From assembly GCA_964623265.1 (NCBI GenBank), contig CAZUTK010000009.1, positions 1-60,704 of the forward strand: 60,704 bases of DNA. Reading direction: 5' to 3'. The stretch is from an uncultured bacterium. GTDB lineage: Bacteria; Electryoneota; B3-LCP. The notes below the pieces were generated by a model. That model was not told where the DNA came from and made no database searches. It saw only the letters and a program-made list of their open reading frames with translations. Positions 27,376 through 38,213 of the stretch are shown here, in pieces (position 1 is the stretch's first letter; the number at the start of each line of letters is the position of its first letter). A program made the translations under genes and the position numbers.

Positions 27376-30300
27376 CTAACGCAGATCCTGATTCGCTCGA
27401 TTCAAATCCGGACTGAGCGCGGCGTCGCAGGTGAACTTGCCCACGGCGCTTTCAGCCGTTAAACCCGTGTTGTCCATAGCGGTCACCTGCCATTGATAGA
27501 TGCGCCCCCCCGCCAATTTTTCCGTCGTGAAGCGCGGGGATTTCAGCCCGGTTTGAGTGATCACCGCTTCGGGGTCGTCTTCGGGCCACCAGCGCAATTC
27601 ATAGCGGATAGAGGCATTGAAGTCCGGATCCGTCGAGCTCGTCCAAGAGAACTCCACCGGCGCTCCCGCCGGGATGACGAAGCCGATGGTCGGCGTCAGC
27701 AGTTCTGGAATGGTAGGGGGATCCTCTTGCAGATTTACCAGGAAGCTGACCGGCTGGCTCCAGGCGGAAGCCGCACCGCGCGAATCCTCCGCGCGGATTC
27801 TCAAGCTCCACATCTGGTTGTCCGCCAGCTGCAAGTTCGTCGTTTCCGCCGCATCCGCGCCGATGACTTTCTCGATGAACTCGCCCTTGCTGAAATTATC
27901 CCCGCGCACCGCCTGCAGACGGTAGCTTAAAGCGCTGCGGCGGTCGGAGGGATCGGGATCTTCGGATTTCGACCAGCGCACTGCGATGTTCGTCGTCTGA
28001 ACTACATCCTGGCGAGGATCGAGGAGAGACGGCTGAGAGGGCGCTTCGTTGTCGAGATCCAAAGCGAATCGGATCGGATCCGACCAGCCGGATGTCACTT
28101 TATGCGGATCCACCGCCCGCATCAAGACGTCGTATTCCTGATTTTCCCGGAGTTGTTTAACGCCCTTCAGATCTGCAAGGCCGATGCCGGATGCGGCTCT
28201 GGAGGCCGGGATCTTATTCAATTCGAGGAGCGTTTTCGCCGGATTGTCCGCTTCTCGGATGATGAAGTCATAGGTCAAAATATCGGAAGGATCCGGATCC
28301 GTGGACGGTTTCCAGCGGATGAATTCTTTTCCTGTATAGACGCCGTCGGTCAACGGTTCAACCAGGGGGACGGAAGGTGTCGTATTGATGGTGAAGCGGC
28401 GTTTTTCCGTTGAAGCCGTACGCGCGCCGGCGGCGTCTTCGGCTTCCACCCACCATTGATATTCCGTCTCGTTCTTCAACGTCTGCGGGATGACGCAGCG
28501 AGTCGAATCCACTGCTTTCGCCTGCAATACTGCAAGACCACCCGGGTATTCTTCGCAGAACACTCTGTACCTTAGTTTGTCTCCCGGATCAATATCCGTC
28601 GAAGCGTCCCAGCGGAGTTCCAGTGCTTCCATCTGATAAGTGACCAGACCGTCTGCGGGTCCCTGCAGAGCAAAAGGCGCTGGATGATCATTGCGCTGAT
28701 TCAGGATGAAACTCTTCGCAGGGCTCCACGGGGAGACGGCTCCTTCATCGTCGCGGGCGCAGATCCGGAAGTACCATTGAGTATTATCCGCTAAGCCCGG
28801 CACAGGGATCATGGTCACTCCCGCCATCACCTGAGCCTGTCGTTCGACTTTCTGGAAGGATTCATCCTTAGAGAATTGGATCAAGTACGATAATTTTGAC
28901 GGCGGATCGCTGCGGTCGGCATCCTGCGCGGCGCCCCAGGATAGAATCGGTTCGGCACTTGCGACGACGATCCCATCCGGCTGGATGGGTTGCGTTACTG
29001 GGCCCGGAGGAGTATTCGCCTTGTTGAAGAAGAAGGAGCCGGAATCCTTCGACCAATGGGATGCAATCCCATGCTGATCCTCGGCGCGCACGCGGACTCG
29101 ATATTCGCGATCATCCGCGAGGACGGCGTAGTTCTGAAGCTGCTGCAATGTCAGTGAGTTTGTGGTGACCACTTCTTCCAGCAGAGGCTTCGCGAAATCC
29201 TTGTCCGTGATCTGGATTCGATACTGAATCCGATCCTGGGGATCCGGATCCTGCGATTGACTCCAGGAAACCGCGTCGTAAGGGCGGAATTCTTGGTCCG
29301 GCAGAGGCGATGCGATTTCAGGTGTGGTGGGAGTCGTCGAAGCGGTGAAATGCCGCACCTGAGTGGAAGGCGTGATTCGCTGGGTGTTGTCAATCGCTTC
29401 CACTTTCCAGTAATAGGAGCCGTCGTTTTTCAGGGCTTGATCCAGTTTTGCGAAGGTCAGATCCGTTTCCTGCTTGATCGTGAGGTTCGGTGAGAATTTG
29501 CTGTCGCTGCTGACCAGCAGGCGATAGCGCACGGACGAAAGCGGATCCGGGTCAATGGTCTTCTCCCAAGAGAAAACGGGTTGCAATTGATAAACCAGGG
29601 CACCTTCGTCAGGATCGGTCAGAGAGAACGCCAGGGGAGGTTCCTCGACCAGATTGACGTAGAAATGTCCCGCCTTCGTCCATGCGCCAATTTCGTAATC
29701 ATCGCGTGCGCGGGCTCGCCAATAGTATTCCGCGTCGTCCTGCAGATCTATCGGAGCGACCCAGTGCACCGATTGTCCGCTTGCCCGCAGCTCTTTTTCG
29801 ATGGCGAGGACGTGAGTGAAGGCGGCATCCTGGTACAGTTGCATTTCGTAATGGATGGGATCGCCTTCCGCGTCCTTGGATGCCAGCATGGACAAGGTGG
29901 GGCGAATCTGATTCACGATCGCTTCATCCAGCGGGGAAGTCAACGCCGGATTCGTCGGCAAGCTGTTCATGCGCAGCGGCATCTCCGCCCAGTCGCTCCA
30001 TTCCGAACCGCTGTTCATGCGCAGGCGCAGAGAATATCGTTCGCCGTCCTGCAGGGAGACTCCTGTGATGACGGCGTTCGTCCGGTCGTGCGGGACAATG
30101 CCGCTGTCCCAAATACCGGGCGCGGTGAAGACGGATCCTTGCGCTATCTGCAGCTGATACGTTTTCTGCGGCGCGCCGAAGATATTGCGGAATTCCCAGG
30201 AAACCTGAGGATTATGGTTGACGACGTGAAGAGAGTCCAGTTCGTTTTCGAATTGGAACGCGACGATGTAGCTTTTGGATACATCCACTCTGCGCGAAAT

Positions 30301-31797
30301 CTCAAAACCCTCGATGCCTTCCAGACTGAAGAAGAGGATCTCTCCGGGCTGAGCGCGGACGGCTCCTTCCTTCGCTTGACTGTATCCCCGCACTCTGCCG
30401 GACAATCGGAAAATGCCGGTCGCAGGTCCGGTCTCCCAGGCGAGCGATACAACTCCGCGGGGATCGCTCTCGCTCGACCTCAGGCGCACGGCGATCCAAT
30501 CCGCGTGATACGGATTCCGGTCGGTGGCTTTGATTTCGAGATAGATCGGCGCGTCCGGGCATAGAGGAAAGGGCCAATCCGCAGAGAACTCCGGATCCCC
30601 GAACAGGTCAAAAGACCGGATGTTCGCCGGCATATTGGGCACCAGCGGAGAAGGCGCTTCCAAGAGGGGATCGCATAATACGGTGCGCTGAGCCGGGTCG
30701 TCGTAGCGGTCGCGGACTTTCGCTTCCAGATCGCCTGCCGCCAGAGGTCCGAAGTAATTGCCGCGGAAATCCAGATCCGCTTCCAGAGCTTCGATGAAGA
30801 GGTCAATCCCGTCTGAGAACAGGCAATTTCCCTGAAATACGGTCTCAAGCTTGGCGGTCACGTAGATGTTGCTCGCGCCATAGCCCGCTTGATTGGAGAG
30901 CAGCACGTTGTTTCGAACGCGGGAGATGGATTGCGTGACGGTGTTCGATCCGTACAACCCGCCGCCCTGGTATCGGGCGTAGTTATTCTCGATGATATTG
31001 TCTATAATCTGCGGCGAACTGAAGGAAAAATAAATGCCTCCCCCGTGTTCGCCGGCTTTGTTCGCCTGGAAGATGTTCCGCTTAATCAGAGCGTTGGAGT
31101 AAAAGAAGCACGCCAGTCCTCCGCCTGTTAATTCTGCTTCATTTTCGAGGAAGAGACAGCCTTCGATGTAAGGCGACGCAAATTCGTGGCAGTAAATACC
31201 GCCGCCGGTCAGACTGCGGTTGTAGCGGATCGTCAGGTTGCGGAAATAGGGCGAGGATTTCTTGCAGTGGATGGCGCCGCCCAAAAACTCCTTCGCAGTG
31301 CCTTTTCCAGGCATGCCGCCGTACTCGATGATGCAATATTCGAGGCGGGATCCTTTGAAATAGTTTCCGGCGTCATCGTAAGAGAGCGTCGTATCCGCGG
31401 TGATGAAGCGGAGGTTTCCCCAATCGCCGAGCGATGGTGCCGGAGCTGCGCTGGAAAACCGAATCGGCTCCTGCGCCGTACCGACAGCGATCAGATCCCC
31501 CTGAATGATGAGGCTGACGCCTTTCTGGAACAAGATTTCTGTGCCCGCCTCAATCCTGAGCTGAACGCCTTCCGGAATCAGCAGATCTTCCTGTATCACA
31601 TAGGGGCCTGCCGCAGGATTCCAAGTCGTGCTCTGCTGTAATGATTCGATTTCTTTACCCGAAACACCGCCTGTTCCGCAGATTTGCAGTAACGTCAGGC
31701 TGAGAATCCATGCGAAACCGCGCCCGCGTCGCACAGGATCCGGATATGCTCCATTCACCCTTTGACGCAGATTTCCGGCTCTATCGCGCCACGCCAT
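27376..31797 (-). CDS. Large secreted protein: right-handed beta-helix N-terminus plus about 9 tandem FN3/Ig-like repeats
   Basis: GGGIYC/GGGL beta-helix repeats. Recurrent P..P.L..P...W..S.DPD..D...Y...W.V.A.D..G..S.WS units. Confidence 0.8.
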   Translation of the reverse strand: MAWRDRAGNLRQRVNGAYPDPVRRGRGFAWILSLTLLQICGTGGVSGKEIESLQQSTTWNPAAGPYVIQEDLLIPEGVQLRIEAGTEILFQKGVSLIIQGDLIAVGTAQEPIRFSSAAPAPSLGDWGNLRFITADTTLSYDDAGNYFKGSRLEYCIIEYGGMPGKGTAKEFLGGAIHCKKSSPYFRNLTIRYNRSLTGGGIYCHEFASPYIEGCLFLENEAELTGGGLACFFYSNALIKRNIFQANKAGEHGGGIYFSFSSPQIIDNIIENNYARYQGGGLYGSNTVTQSISRVRNNVLLSNQAGYGASNIYVTAKLETVFQGNCLFSDGIDLFIEALEADLDFRGNYFGPLAAGDLEAKVRDRYDDPAQRTVLCDPLLEAPSPLVPNMPANIRSFDLFGDPEFSADWPFPLCPDAPIYLEIKATDRNPYHADWIAVRLRSSESDPRGVVSLAWETGPATGIFRLSGRVRGYSQAKEGAVRAQPGEILFFSLEGIEGFEISRRVDVSKSYIVAFQFENELDSLHVVNHNPQVSWEFRNIFGAPQKTYQLQIAQGSVFTAPGIWDSGIVPHDRTNAVITGVSLQDGERYSLRLRMNSGSEWSDWAEMPLRMNSLPTNPALTSPLDEAIVNQIRPTLSMLASKDAEGDPIHYEMQLYQDAAFTHVLAIEKELRASGQSVHWVAPIDLQDDAEYYWRARARDDYEIGAWTKAGHFYVNLVEEPPLAFSLTDPDEGALVYQLQPVFSWEKTIDPDPLSSVRYRLLVSSDSKFSPNLTIKQETDLTFAKLDQALKNDGSYYWKVEAIDNTQRITPSTQVRHFTASTTPTTPEIASPLPDQEFRPYDAVSWSQSQDPDPQDRIQYRIQITDKDFAKPLLEEVVTTNSLTLQQLQNYAVLADDREYRVRVRAEDQHGIASHWSKDSGSFFFNKANTPPGPVTQPIQPDGIVVASAEPILSWGAAQDADRSDPPSKLSYLIQFSKDESFQKVERQAQVMAGVTMIPVPGLADNTQWYFRICARDDEGAVSPWSPAKSFILNQRNDHPAPFALQGPADGLVTYQMEALELRWDASTDIDPGDKLRYRVFCEEYPGGLAVLQAKAVDSTRCVIPQTLKNETEYQWWVEAEDAAGARTASTEKRRFTINTTPSVPLVEPLTDGVYTGKEFIRWKPSTDPDPSDILTYDFIIREADNPAKTLLELNKIPASRAASGIGLADLKGVKQLRENQEYDVLMRAVDPHKVTSGWSDPIRFALDLDNEAPSQPSLLDPRQDVVQTTNIAVRWSKSEDPDPSDRRSALSYRLQAVRGDNFSKGEFIEKVIGADAAETTNLQLADNQMWSLRIRAEDSRGAASAWSQPVSFLVNLQEDPPTIPELLTPTIGFVIPAGAPVEFSWTSSTDPDFNASIRYELRWWPEDDPEAVITQTGLKSPRFTTEKLAGGRIYQWQVTAMDNTGLTAESAVGKFTCDAALSPDLNRANQDLR

Positions 31798-31888
31798 GAG
31801 TCCCCCTCAATTCATCAAGCGCAACTTATTGAAATTCTTGCGGCTATGAATGATTTCGCCGTCTTGCAACATCCTTTGATTCATGCAA

Positions 31889-31917
31889 ATAATAGCAAAG
31901 TTCTGTATGATACGCAA
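31889..31917 (-). promoter_or_regulatory. sigma70-type promoter TTGCGT-17-TATTAT
   Basis: Hexamers with a 17-bp spacer upstream of 31797. Confidence 0.55.
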
Positions 31918-31984
31918 GCAATTTCAGCCGCGATTTAACCCCTCCGCGCGGGGTTCCGTCGAAGGTGACGTTTTGTTCGGGTGG

Positions 31985-32024
31985 AAAACGCGAAAGGCCG
32001 GCGGATGCCAGCCTTGTCTCGCGT
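31985..32024 (-). terminator. Probable terminator hairpin
   Basis: Imperfect stem acgcga..aaggc/gcctt..tcgcgt followed by a short T run on the minus strand. Confidence 0.45.
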
Positions 32025-32040
32025 GAGATGAAGCCTTACT

Positions 32041-35000
32041 CTATTTCAGCAGCAGCATCTTGATGGTGCGATGCGTCCCCTGCGCCCAAAGTTTGCAGAA
32101 GTACAAACCCGAAGGCAGCGGATTGCCGGAGCGGTCCCTGCCGTTCCAGCTCAAGGGATATACCGCCGCTTCCAGCTCGGCGTTATCCAGGATGCGGACG
32201 ACTTCCCTGCCTTGCAGGTCGTAAATGGCTACGGTGACTCGCTGATTCTGCGGGACCCGCAGTTCGAAATGCGTTTCCGGGTTGAAAGGATTGGGGAAGT
32301 TCTGCCCGAGTTCGAATTCCGTCGGAAGAGGAAGCGCCGCGGCGGAAGCGATCAGCGAGCTGAACTCCGTCCTGCCGTTGATGTCCACGTTCTCCAACCG
32401 ATAGTAATACATCGTCTCGGGCTCGATTTCCTGCCGGTCCGTGAAGGTATAGTGATAGCCGGTCTCGCCGGAACCTTGGCACAGCAGTTCCGGATCCGTT
32501 TCATACGATCCCACCAAGATCGGTTCAGAAAAGCTCTGGTCGAGGTCCCGCCATACGCGGAAGCCCAGAGCGTCCACTTCGGATTCCGTCGCCCAATTCA
32601 GCGTGATTTTGCCGTAACCGCCGGAAGCCTGGAATGAGGATAATGTGACCGGCAGCGAGTAGTCCGGCGCCGTCGTGTAACAGCCGGCGGCGATGAGAGA
32701 CCAATATCCCTGCGCATCACGGGTTTTGATGGCGTAGTAGTAGTTCCCCGCGGGGAATCCCGCCATATAGATGTGCCAGGAACTGGCGCCGTTGAAAGAG
32801 GAGGGCTTATTGGTCGTGCCGACGCTGGTCGCTGCGTCCCAAGCGGCTTCCGAATTGATGATCGAAGCCGAGAAGCGCACGTCGAAATCCGCCACATTGC
32901 CGGAAGCAGCGACGCGATCATCGTCGTAGCTGGAGTTGGGATTCCACGCAGCCCAGACGTAGTTGTGGTCGGTCTGATCTTCCGTGATGTCGAACCCTAA
33001 GACGCTTCCCGGGCGGGTGGCATCCACTGATACGAGGCCGGTGGAATCCGTCAGCGAGCCATAGGAGGCGGTGATGTAGCCGCTCACGCTGCTGCTCGAA
33101 ACCGCCGTCCAGCGGTTGGAAGAGCTGGGGTTGCTGTTTTCGAATCCGGATCCGCCCCCCGTCGGCAGCGAGCCTACCACCCCCCAATCCGCGCTGACAT
33201 CTTCGACGTACTGACCCAGGATATTATACCCTGCAACGTACATCCAAGGAGTAACGTTGTAATCCCCGCCGTTCGGCGCACCGGCGACTTCCAATCTCTC
33301 CGTGGCGCTGCCTCCACCTCCGGCGGCGGAGCGAATCACTATGGATGTAATCGAAGTGTTCGAGGTTACGGTGTATTGAGTAGAGTCATCCTGCAACGCC
33401 ACATTGACGACGCGGATCCAGTATGTCCCGGCTTGGGTGTCGTAATAGTAGAAGTTCCCCGCAGAAGCGTTGATGAGGTTGATGTATGTCACGCTGGAGC
33501 CACCGGATACGGCCCGGAAAACGCCCGTCGCCGAAGAGGTGCTGAGCGAGATGGTTTGAGTCACATTTTCCGCATTTCCGTAGTTGTCATGCACAGTGAA
33601 GGTCCATTGGCCGGATTCAACGCCGGCGGGCGTGGAAGCCGGTATGGTCGTCAGATGGAGATGGTGGGCATCCTGCAGATTCGCCGTGGAAGCGGAGTTG
33701 GTGGTGTTGTTGCTCGTATCGTACGCTCTGGCGCGGTAGTACGTATATTGTGTCCCGAAAGTGTAGGTGCCTCCATACGGAGCGCTGGTGTCGTCATCCA
33801 GATTCGTCCAGTCGCTGCCGTTGTCTGATCCCTGAAAGAGGATGCCCGCCAGCGAATTGTCCGTGCCGGATCCCGCCGAAGCCTCCCAGTCAACGGAACC
33901 TCCTTCCATCATGGTATTGTTGTCGGGCGTTGTGAGCGTCGGTGTGGCGGGGGGGATGCCGTCCGTTGCCGTGATATGCGGATCCACGGTGCTTTCACAG
34001 TCATTGCCGGAGGGATCTTCGAATTCGTCGGCGCCGGTCACGAATTGCACCACCGGAGTTGCGCCGCGGTCACCCAGATCGGCGATAGTCAATGTCACGG
34101 TGTTGGTGCTGGTCGAGCCCAGGGGCGATAGGGCAGTAACCGCACGATTGCCGTTGAATGTGACCGTCCAATTATCTATGGCGTCCGAGTTATCCGCCGG
34201 AGTTGTCACCGCTTCGGAAAATGTCACCACAATCGTCGTCAGCGAAGTCGCATCGGCGGAAGAGACCTGAGGTGCGGTCACGTCTTCCGCTGAAAGCCAG
34301 CCTTCCCCTTGCACAGCACCGGTGGTTTCCGTCCCAACGATGGTGCTGATGTACCCTTCATCCCAGACCAAGACCGCCATACGAATGGAGTTGTAAGTGG
34401 AGCTCATCCCTTGCACAACAGCGGATGAACCGGAAACGATGTTCCCGCCGCTGAACGTCAGGTCATTGGCGATGCCGATGACGGTGACCGGTGTTCCCGT
34501 GCCGTTATTAGAGGTATAGCGCTGCAGGTTGACCCCGTACAGACTTCCGGACCAGCCGCTGCCGGTCAGCGGGATGTCGTCACCGTTGACGACGGGGGGT
34601 TCGCCCGGTCCGCCATGTTCGAAAGCATCAAAGTAGAGAGTTCCCGCCGTGGCATCCAGGCTGAAGGGCTGGTAACTTCCGGAGCCGCGGACTTCCACAA
34701 ATTCCGATGCGATGATGCTACGGTGATAGTAGATCACAAGCTGAGCCTGGCCGAACAATCCGGGAGGAATCGCCGGCGCGTATTCCGTACGGAATTGACC
34801 CCTGGCATCGGTTCGGATTCGAATGTCCGGTGCCTCGAAGCCCTTGTAAAGCACCGGGTTCTCATTTTCAATTCTGTAGAGAAATCCGAACCCTGACAAT
34901 TCCTGGTTCGCCGCAAATCCGGATCCATGGAGAGTCAGAGTCTGACCGCTGTGAAGCGGCGTCGGACCGTATATCTCGAGTTGTGGACCGTTCGGATCAG

Positions 35001-35085
35001 CTGTGCTTCCAGCGTACGGAATGAAGAGCAAGATCGCCATCCCGTAAAGTAGGGACAAGCCCGCCCCAAATCCTCTCCTCATCAT
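32041..35085 (-). CDS. Ser/Thr/Gly-rich multi-Ig surface protein with T9SS/FlgD-Ig C-terminal sorting domain
   Basis: Signal peptide. LPVTLSSF...W.TESE...GF.V.R pre-CTD module. QNFPNPFNP...WNGRDRSG..LPSGLYF...KMLLLK. RBS GGAGG. Confidence 0.85.
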   Translation of the reverse strand: MMRRGFGAGLSLLYGMAILLFIPYAGSTADPNGPQLEIYGPTPLHSGQTLTLHGSGFAANQELSGFGFLYRIENENPVLYKGFEAPDIRIRTDARGQFRTEYAPAIPPGLFGQAQLVIYYHRSIIASEFVEVRGSGSYQPFSLDATAGTLYFDAFEHGGPGEPPVVNGDDIPLTGSGWSGSLYGVNLQRYTSNNGTGTPVTVIGIANDLTFSGGNIVSGSSAVVQGMSSTYNSIRMAVLVWDEGYISTIVGTETTGAVQGEGWLSAEDVTAPQVSSADATSLTTIVVTFSEAVTTPADNSDAIDNWTVTFNGNRAVTALSPLGSTSTNTVTLTIADLGDRGATPVVQFVTGADEFEDPSGNDCESTVDPHITATDGIPPATPTLTTPDNNTMMEGGSVDWEASAGSGTDNSLAGILFQGSDNGSDWTNLDDDTSAPYGGTYTFGTQYTYYRARAYDTSNNTTNSASTANLQDAHHLHLTTIPASTPAGVESGQWTFTVHDNYGNAENVTQTISLSTSSATGVFRAVSGGSSVTYINLINASAGNFYYYDTQAGTYWIRVVNVALQDDSTQYTVTSNTSITSIVIRSAAGGGGSATERLEVAGAPNGGDYNVTPWMYVAGYNILGQYVEDVSADWGVVGSLPTGGGSGFENSNPSSSNRWTAVSSSSVSGYITASYGSLTDSTGLVSVDATRPGSVLGFDITEDQTDHNYVWAAWNPNSSYDDDRVAASGNVADFDVRFSASIINSEAAWDAATSVGTTNKPSSFNGASSWHIYMAGFPAGNYYYAIKTRDAQGYWSLIAAGCYTTAPDYSLPVTLSSFQASGGYGKITLNWATESEVDALGFRVWRDLDQSFSEPILVGSYETDPELLCQGSGETGYHYTFTDRQEIEPETMYYYRLENVDINGRTEFSSLIASAAALPLPTEFELGQNFPNPFNPETHFELRVPQNQRVTVAIYDLQGREVVRILDNAELEAAVYPLSWNGRDRSGNPLPSGLYFCKLWAQGTHRTIKMLLLK

Positions 35086-35244
35086 AACCTCCATTGTATG
35101 CAAAGAAATCCCCCCTCCGAGCGGATTCAACTCACCCCCGCTCATCTGGCGTTATAAATCATATAAAAATAATGATAAAATCTCCTTCCTAACCGCCGGG
35201 TTGCGGTTATTCCATTTCTGAGTTTTACCCGATTAGCGTGCTTC

Positions 35245-35274
35245 AAGATAATGTCCGATGTCAGGTAAAGTCAA
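35245..35274 (-). promoter_or_regulatory. sigma70-type promoter TTGACT-18-TATCTT
   Basis: Lies about 150 nt upstream of the start at 35085. Confidence 0.55.
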
Positions 35275-35369
35275 GTTTTTTTCGGCTTTATTAGAGGGGT
35301 ATCGGAAGGTAATTTTGAGGAAACAATCGTTCTAAGCGATCTTAGGAGGGGGAGTCGGTGGATTCTGTG

Positions 35370-38204
35370 TCATTTCAGGATCATCACCTTGGTGGTGGAG
35401 TTTCCGGAATGGTTCGTCCCGCGTAGGAAATAAATTCCCGAAGCGAATTCAGAGCAGCGGATTCTGGTGCTGTGGACACCTGCAGAAGCAGAAAACATCC
35501 GGTTACGCCACAGAGTCCGTCCGGTGATGTCCAGCAGTTCGAATTGCACCGGTCCGGCGGCGGGCAAGTAGAAAATCAGGTTAATCTCGGGGTTCGCGGG
35601 TTTTGGGAAGACGTCTAATATCTCGAATCCCTCGAGATGCGATGGTTTAATGGAGAAGGGGATTTGCAGGTTGTTCCAGTAGGTGAGCGCCGTTGCGGCG
35701 TGGTCTTGCAGGTCGGCGAGACTCTCCCCACCCAGCACGGAGAAGGCGACAGTAACGCTCGCTCCCGCCGGCAGATCGAACGGACCTGCGGAGAGGATCA
35801 TCGCGTAATCGGATGGGTTGACTCCGGATGTCTTCACCATGCCTGACGTCATAAAATCCCACTTCATGCTGTCGGACATCCATGGGTAAAAGGGACCGGC
35901 GGGTAAATCGTTGACGTTGTCTATGACACGGTAGGATGCCGGCTGACTGTTCAGCAGGCTGGTTCCGTAATAACGCTTGTTGGGGGATAGGGCGAGGGGA
36001 TTGAAGGTGTATCCGAGATTGTAGTCCGCCGACCAGTCCGCCCGGTTTGAGTCGTAATACGCTACGTCCCAATCGCAGTATAGAGCGGCGTACAGTTGGC
36101 TCAATGGACTAACCGATATGTTCTTCATTTCGAAGGCGAGGATGACGAAAGCGTCGGCGCCGGGTGTACTCCACGCATAGCTGCGCTGTGTGACTTCTAA
36201 CCCCACTTGCTCCGCCGGCGGTGGTTTCGTATCTGCATAGACGGCGATCCCCTCCTGATCCGCGTGCGCGCCGGGTCCGATCGTAATTTCGCCGTCCGCC
36301 GCCGTCTGCCAGTCATAGCGTTGAACGTACGAACCTCCGTAGGCGCAATCGCTGACCTTCCCGGCGGAAACGCCCGCCAAGAAAGATCCGTGGTAGAGGG
36401 CATTCGATCCGTTTTTAGGATAGCGGAAACCCGATCCCGGGGAAGCGGCGCCGGGCTGCGTGTAATTGCGAAAGCCGAAAGCGCCGAAATCCGTGATGGT
36501 GAAGATCACATCACCTGTGTCATGGTCTGCGAACGAGGGGTCTACCCACAGAGTTGAAGTCAAAATAGCGGAGTAAAAATCTTCGGCGTTGACCGTGAAG
36601 GTCAACGAAGCCGGGGTGTTGGAAGGAGCGCTGGGGGAGACGGAAATCATGAAGGGAGTGGCGGAATTATCCGCCACGGCGCCGGCATTCAACTGCGCCA
36701 GATTCCAATTCCCCTGCAAGACCACGAGGCTGGAGCTTCCTGACGTCAACGTCGTTTGAACATTCGAAGTGGAAGCGCCGAAGTTTTTCAGAGATAAAAT
36801 CAGGTTGCCGGTTTCTCCTGGATCCAACCTCCCGTCGCCGTCGCCGTTTACTTCTGTCACTGCGAGGTTTTCGATGCGCATCCCGGGTGCGGTTTCGGTG
36901 ACGGCACGATACGCATTGATTCTGCCGCTGCCCAGCAGACCGATGTAGAGAGGGTTGAAGTAGTCAATATTGTCGGCGGTATAGACGATCTGAGTGAAGA
37001 TCTGCTGCGGTGTCCAATCTGGATGCAGTGATTTGATCAGAGCCGCTACGCCCGCGACCAGCGGCGTGGACATAGAGGTCCCGTTTGCTGTGCCGTAGCC
37101 GGCGGGAATCAAAGAGAGGATATTGCTGCCCGGCGCGCAGATGGAGACCCACGTTCCATAATTGGAGAAGCCGGAACGGACGTCACCCGGAGCGGTCGCG
37201 GCGACCGCGAGGACGTTGCTGTATGCTGCCGGATAATGGGGGGTGGAACTCCCCTCATTGCCCGCCGCCGCGATGACGAGGGCGCCTTGTAGAACGGCGT
37301 CGGCGATGACGTCTAACTCGAAGGAATTTGAACCCGGCCCGCCCCAGGAAAGACTGATGACATCCGCGCCGTTCTGCGCGGCGTAGATGATGCCTTCCAA
37401 GCCGTACACAATGGAAGAGCCGACTCCCACGCGGATCGGCATGATTTTGCATTCCGGCGCCATTCCCACTACACCGCGCTGGTTGTTCATAACCGCTGCG
37501 ACGAGGCCCGCCGTGTGGGTGCCGTGGTAATCCACCGTGCCGTTGAAAGTTTCCGGCGCGGGATTATTGTCTTGGCCGAAGAAATCCCATCCTCGAATAT
37601 CGTCCACAAAGCCGTTTTGATCATCATCCAAGCTGTTGCCCGGTATTTCGCCCGGATTCGACCAGATGTTGCCCGCCAGATCCGGATGCTGCCAATCCGT
37701 CCCGTTGTCCACGATGGCGACGACGCTGCCGTTACCGCGAGCGAGATCCCAGGCGGCGGGAGCCTGGATCACCGGGTAGAACCACTGTTCGCCGTAAAGC
37801 GGATCGCCAGGTACATTGTCGAGGCGAAGTGGTGAAGTATCTTTATCCGGCGAGGTCGTCCTGCAGGGGTTTTCTGCGATGTACTCGGTGCCTTGCAAAC
37901 CGCGAAGGGCTTGAAGCAGTCCGACAATGTCGGTTCCGGAGCTGACCGTCAGACGCAAGACGCGCTGCAACCCAACCGCGGACGTTTGTCTGGGGCTGCT
38001 GATCACCCTCTGTACCTCCACAAGATCGAAGCGTCGAAGAACCTCATCCAATTCCCGCGCACCGGTCTCCCAACAGTCAGAGGTGCGCTGGGGTGAAAGC
38101 TCCTCCGACCATTTCAGGTAGAGGATCGTTTGCGCCAAACAGGCGGAACCTAAGAGAATGAAACTGAACGCTGCGATCAACAGGGAGACGGTGTATTTCA
38201 GCAT
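35370..38204 (-). CDS. Secreted S8 subtilisin-like serine peptidase with degenerate T9SS C-terminal domain
   Basis: VAIVDNG, HGTHTAG, AAGN, GTSMSTP. C-terminal FPKPANP...DITGR...ASGIYF...KVMILK. Confidence 0.92.
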   Translation of the reverse strand: MLKYTVSLLIAAFSFILLGSACLAQTILYLKWSEELSPQRTSDCWETGARELDEVLRRFDLVEVQRVISSPRQTSAVGLQRVLRLTVSSGTDIVGLLQALRGLQGTEYIAENPCRTTSPDKDTSPLRLDNVPGDPLYGEQWFYPVIQAPAAWDLARGNGSVVAIVDNGTDWQHPDLAGNIWSNPGEIPGNSLDDDQNGFVDDIRGWDFFGQDNNPAPETFNGTVDYHGTHTAGLVAAVMNNQRGVVGMAPECKIMPIRVGVGSSIVYGLEGIIYAAQNGADVISLSWGGPGSNSFELDVIADAVLQGALVIAAAGNEGSSTPHYPAAYSNVLAVAATAPGDVRSGFSNYGTWVSICAPGSNILSLIPAGYGTANGTSMSTPLVAGVAALIKSLHPDWTPQQIFTQIVYTADNIDYFNPLYIGLLGSGRINAYRAVTETAPGMRIENLAVTEVNGDGDGRLDPGETGNLILSLKNFGASTSNVQTTLTSGSSSLVVLQGNWNLAQLNAGAVADNSATPFMISVSPSAPSNTPASLTFTVNAEDFYSAILTSTLWVDPSFADHDTGDVIFTITDFGAFGFRNYTQPGAASPGSGFRYPKNGSNALYHGSFLAGVSAGKVSDCAYGGSYVQRYDWQTAADGEITIGPGAHADQEGIAVYADTKPPPAEQVGLEVTQRSYAWSTPGADAFVILAFEMKNISVSPLSQLYAALYCDWDVAYYDSNRADWSADYNLGYTFNPLALSPNKRYYGTSLLNSQPASYRVIDNVNDLPAGPFYPWMSDSMKWDFMTSGMVKTSGVNPSDYAMILSAGPFDLPAGASVTVAFSVLGGESLADLQDHAATALTYWNNLQIPFSIKPSHLEGFEILDVFPKPANPEINLIFYLPAAGPVQFELLDITGRTLWRNRMFSASAGVHSTRIRCSEFASGIYFLRGTNHSGNSTTKVMILK

Positions 38205-38213
38205 AATTTCTCG

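Noticed and set aside
35190-35235. c-di-GMP-I riboswitch (GGTAAA...GAAA...CGCAA on the minus strand)
   Set aside because: The stems around GAAA do not pair well and no second aptamer arm is evident.
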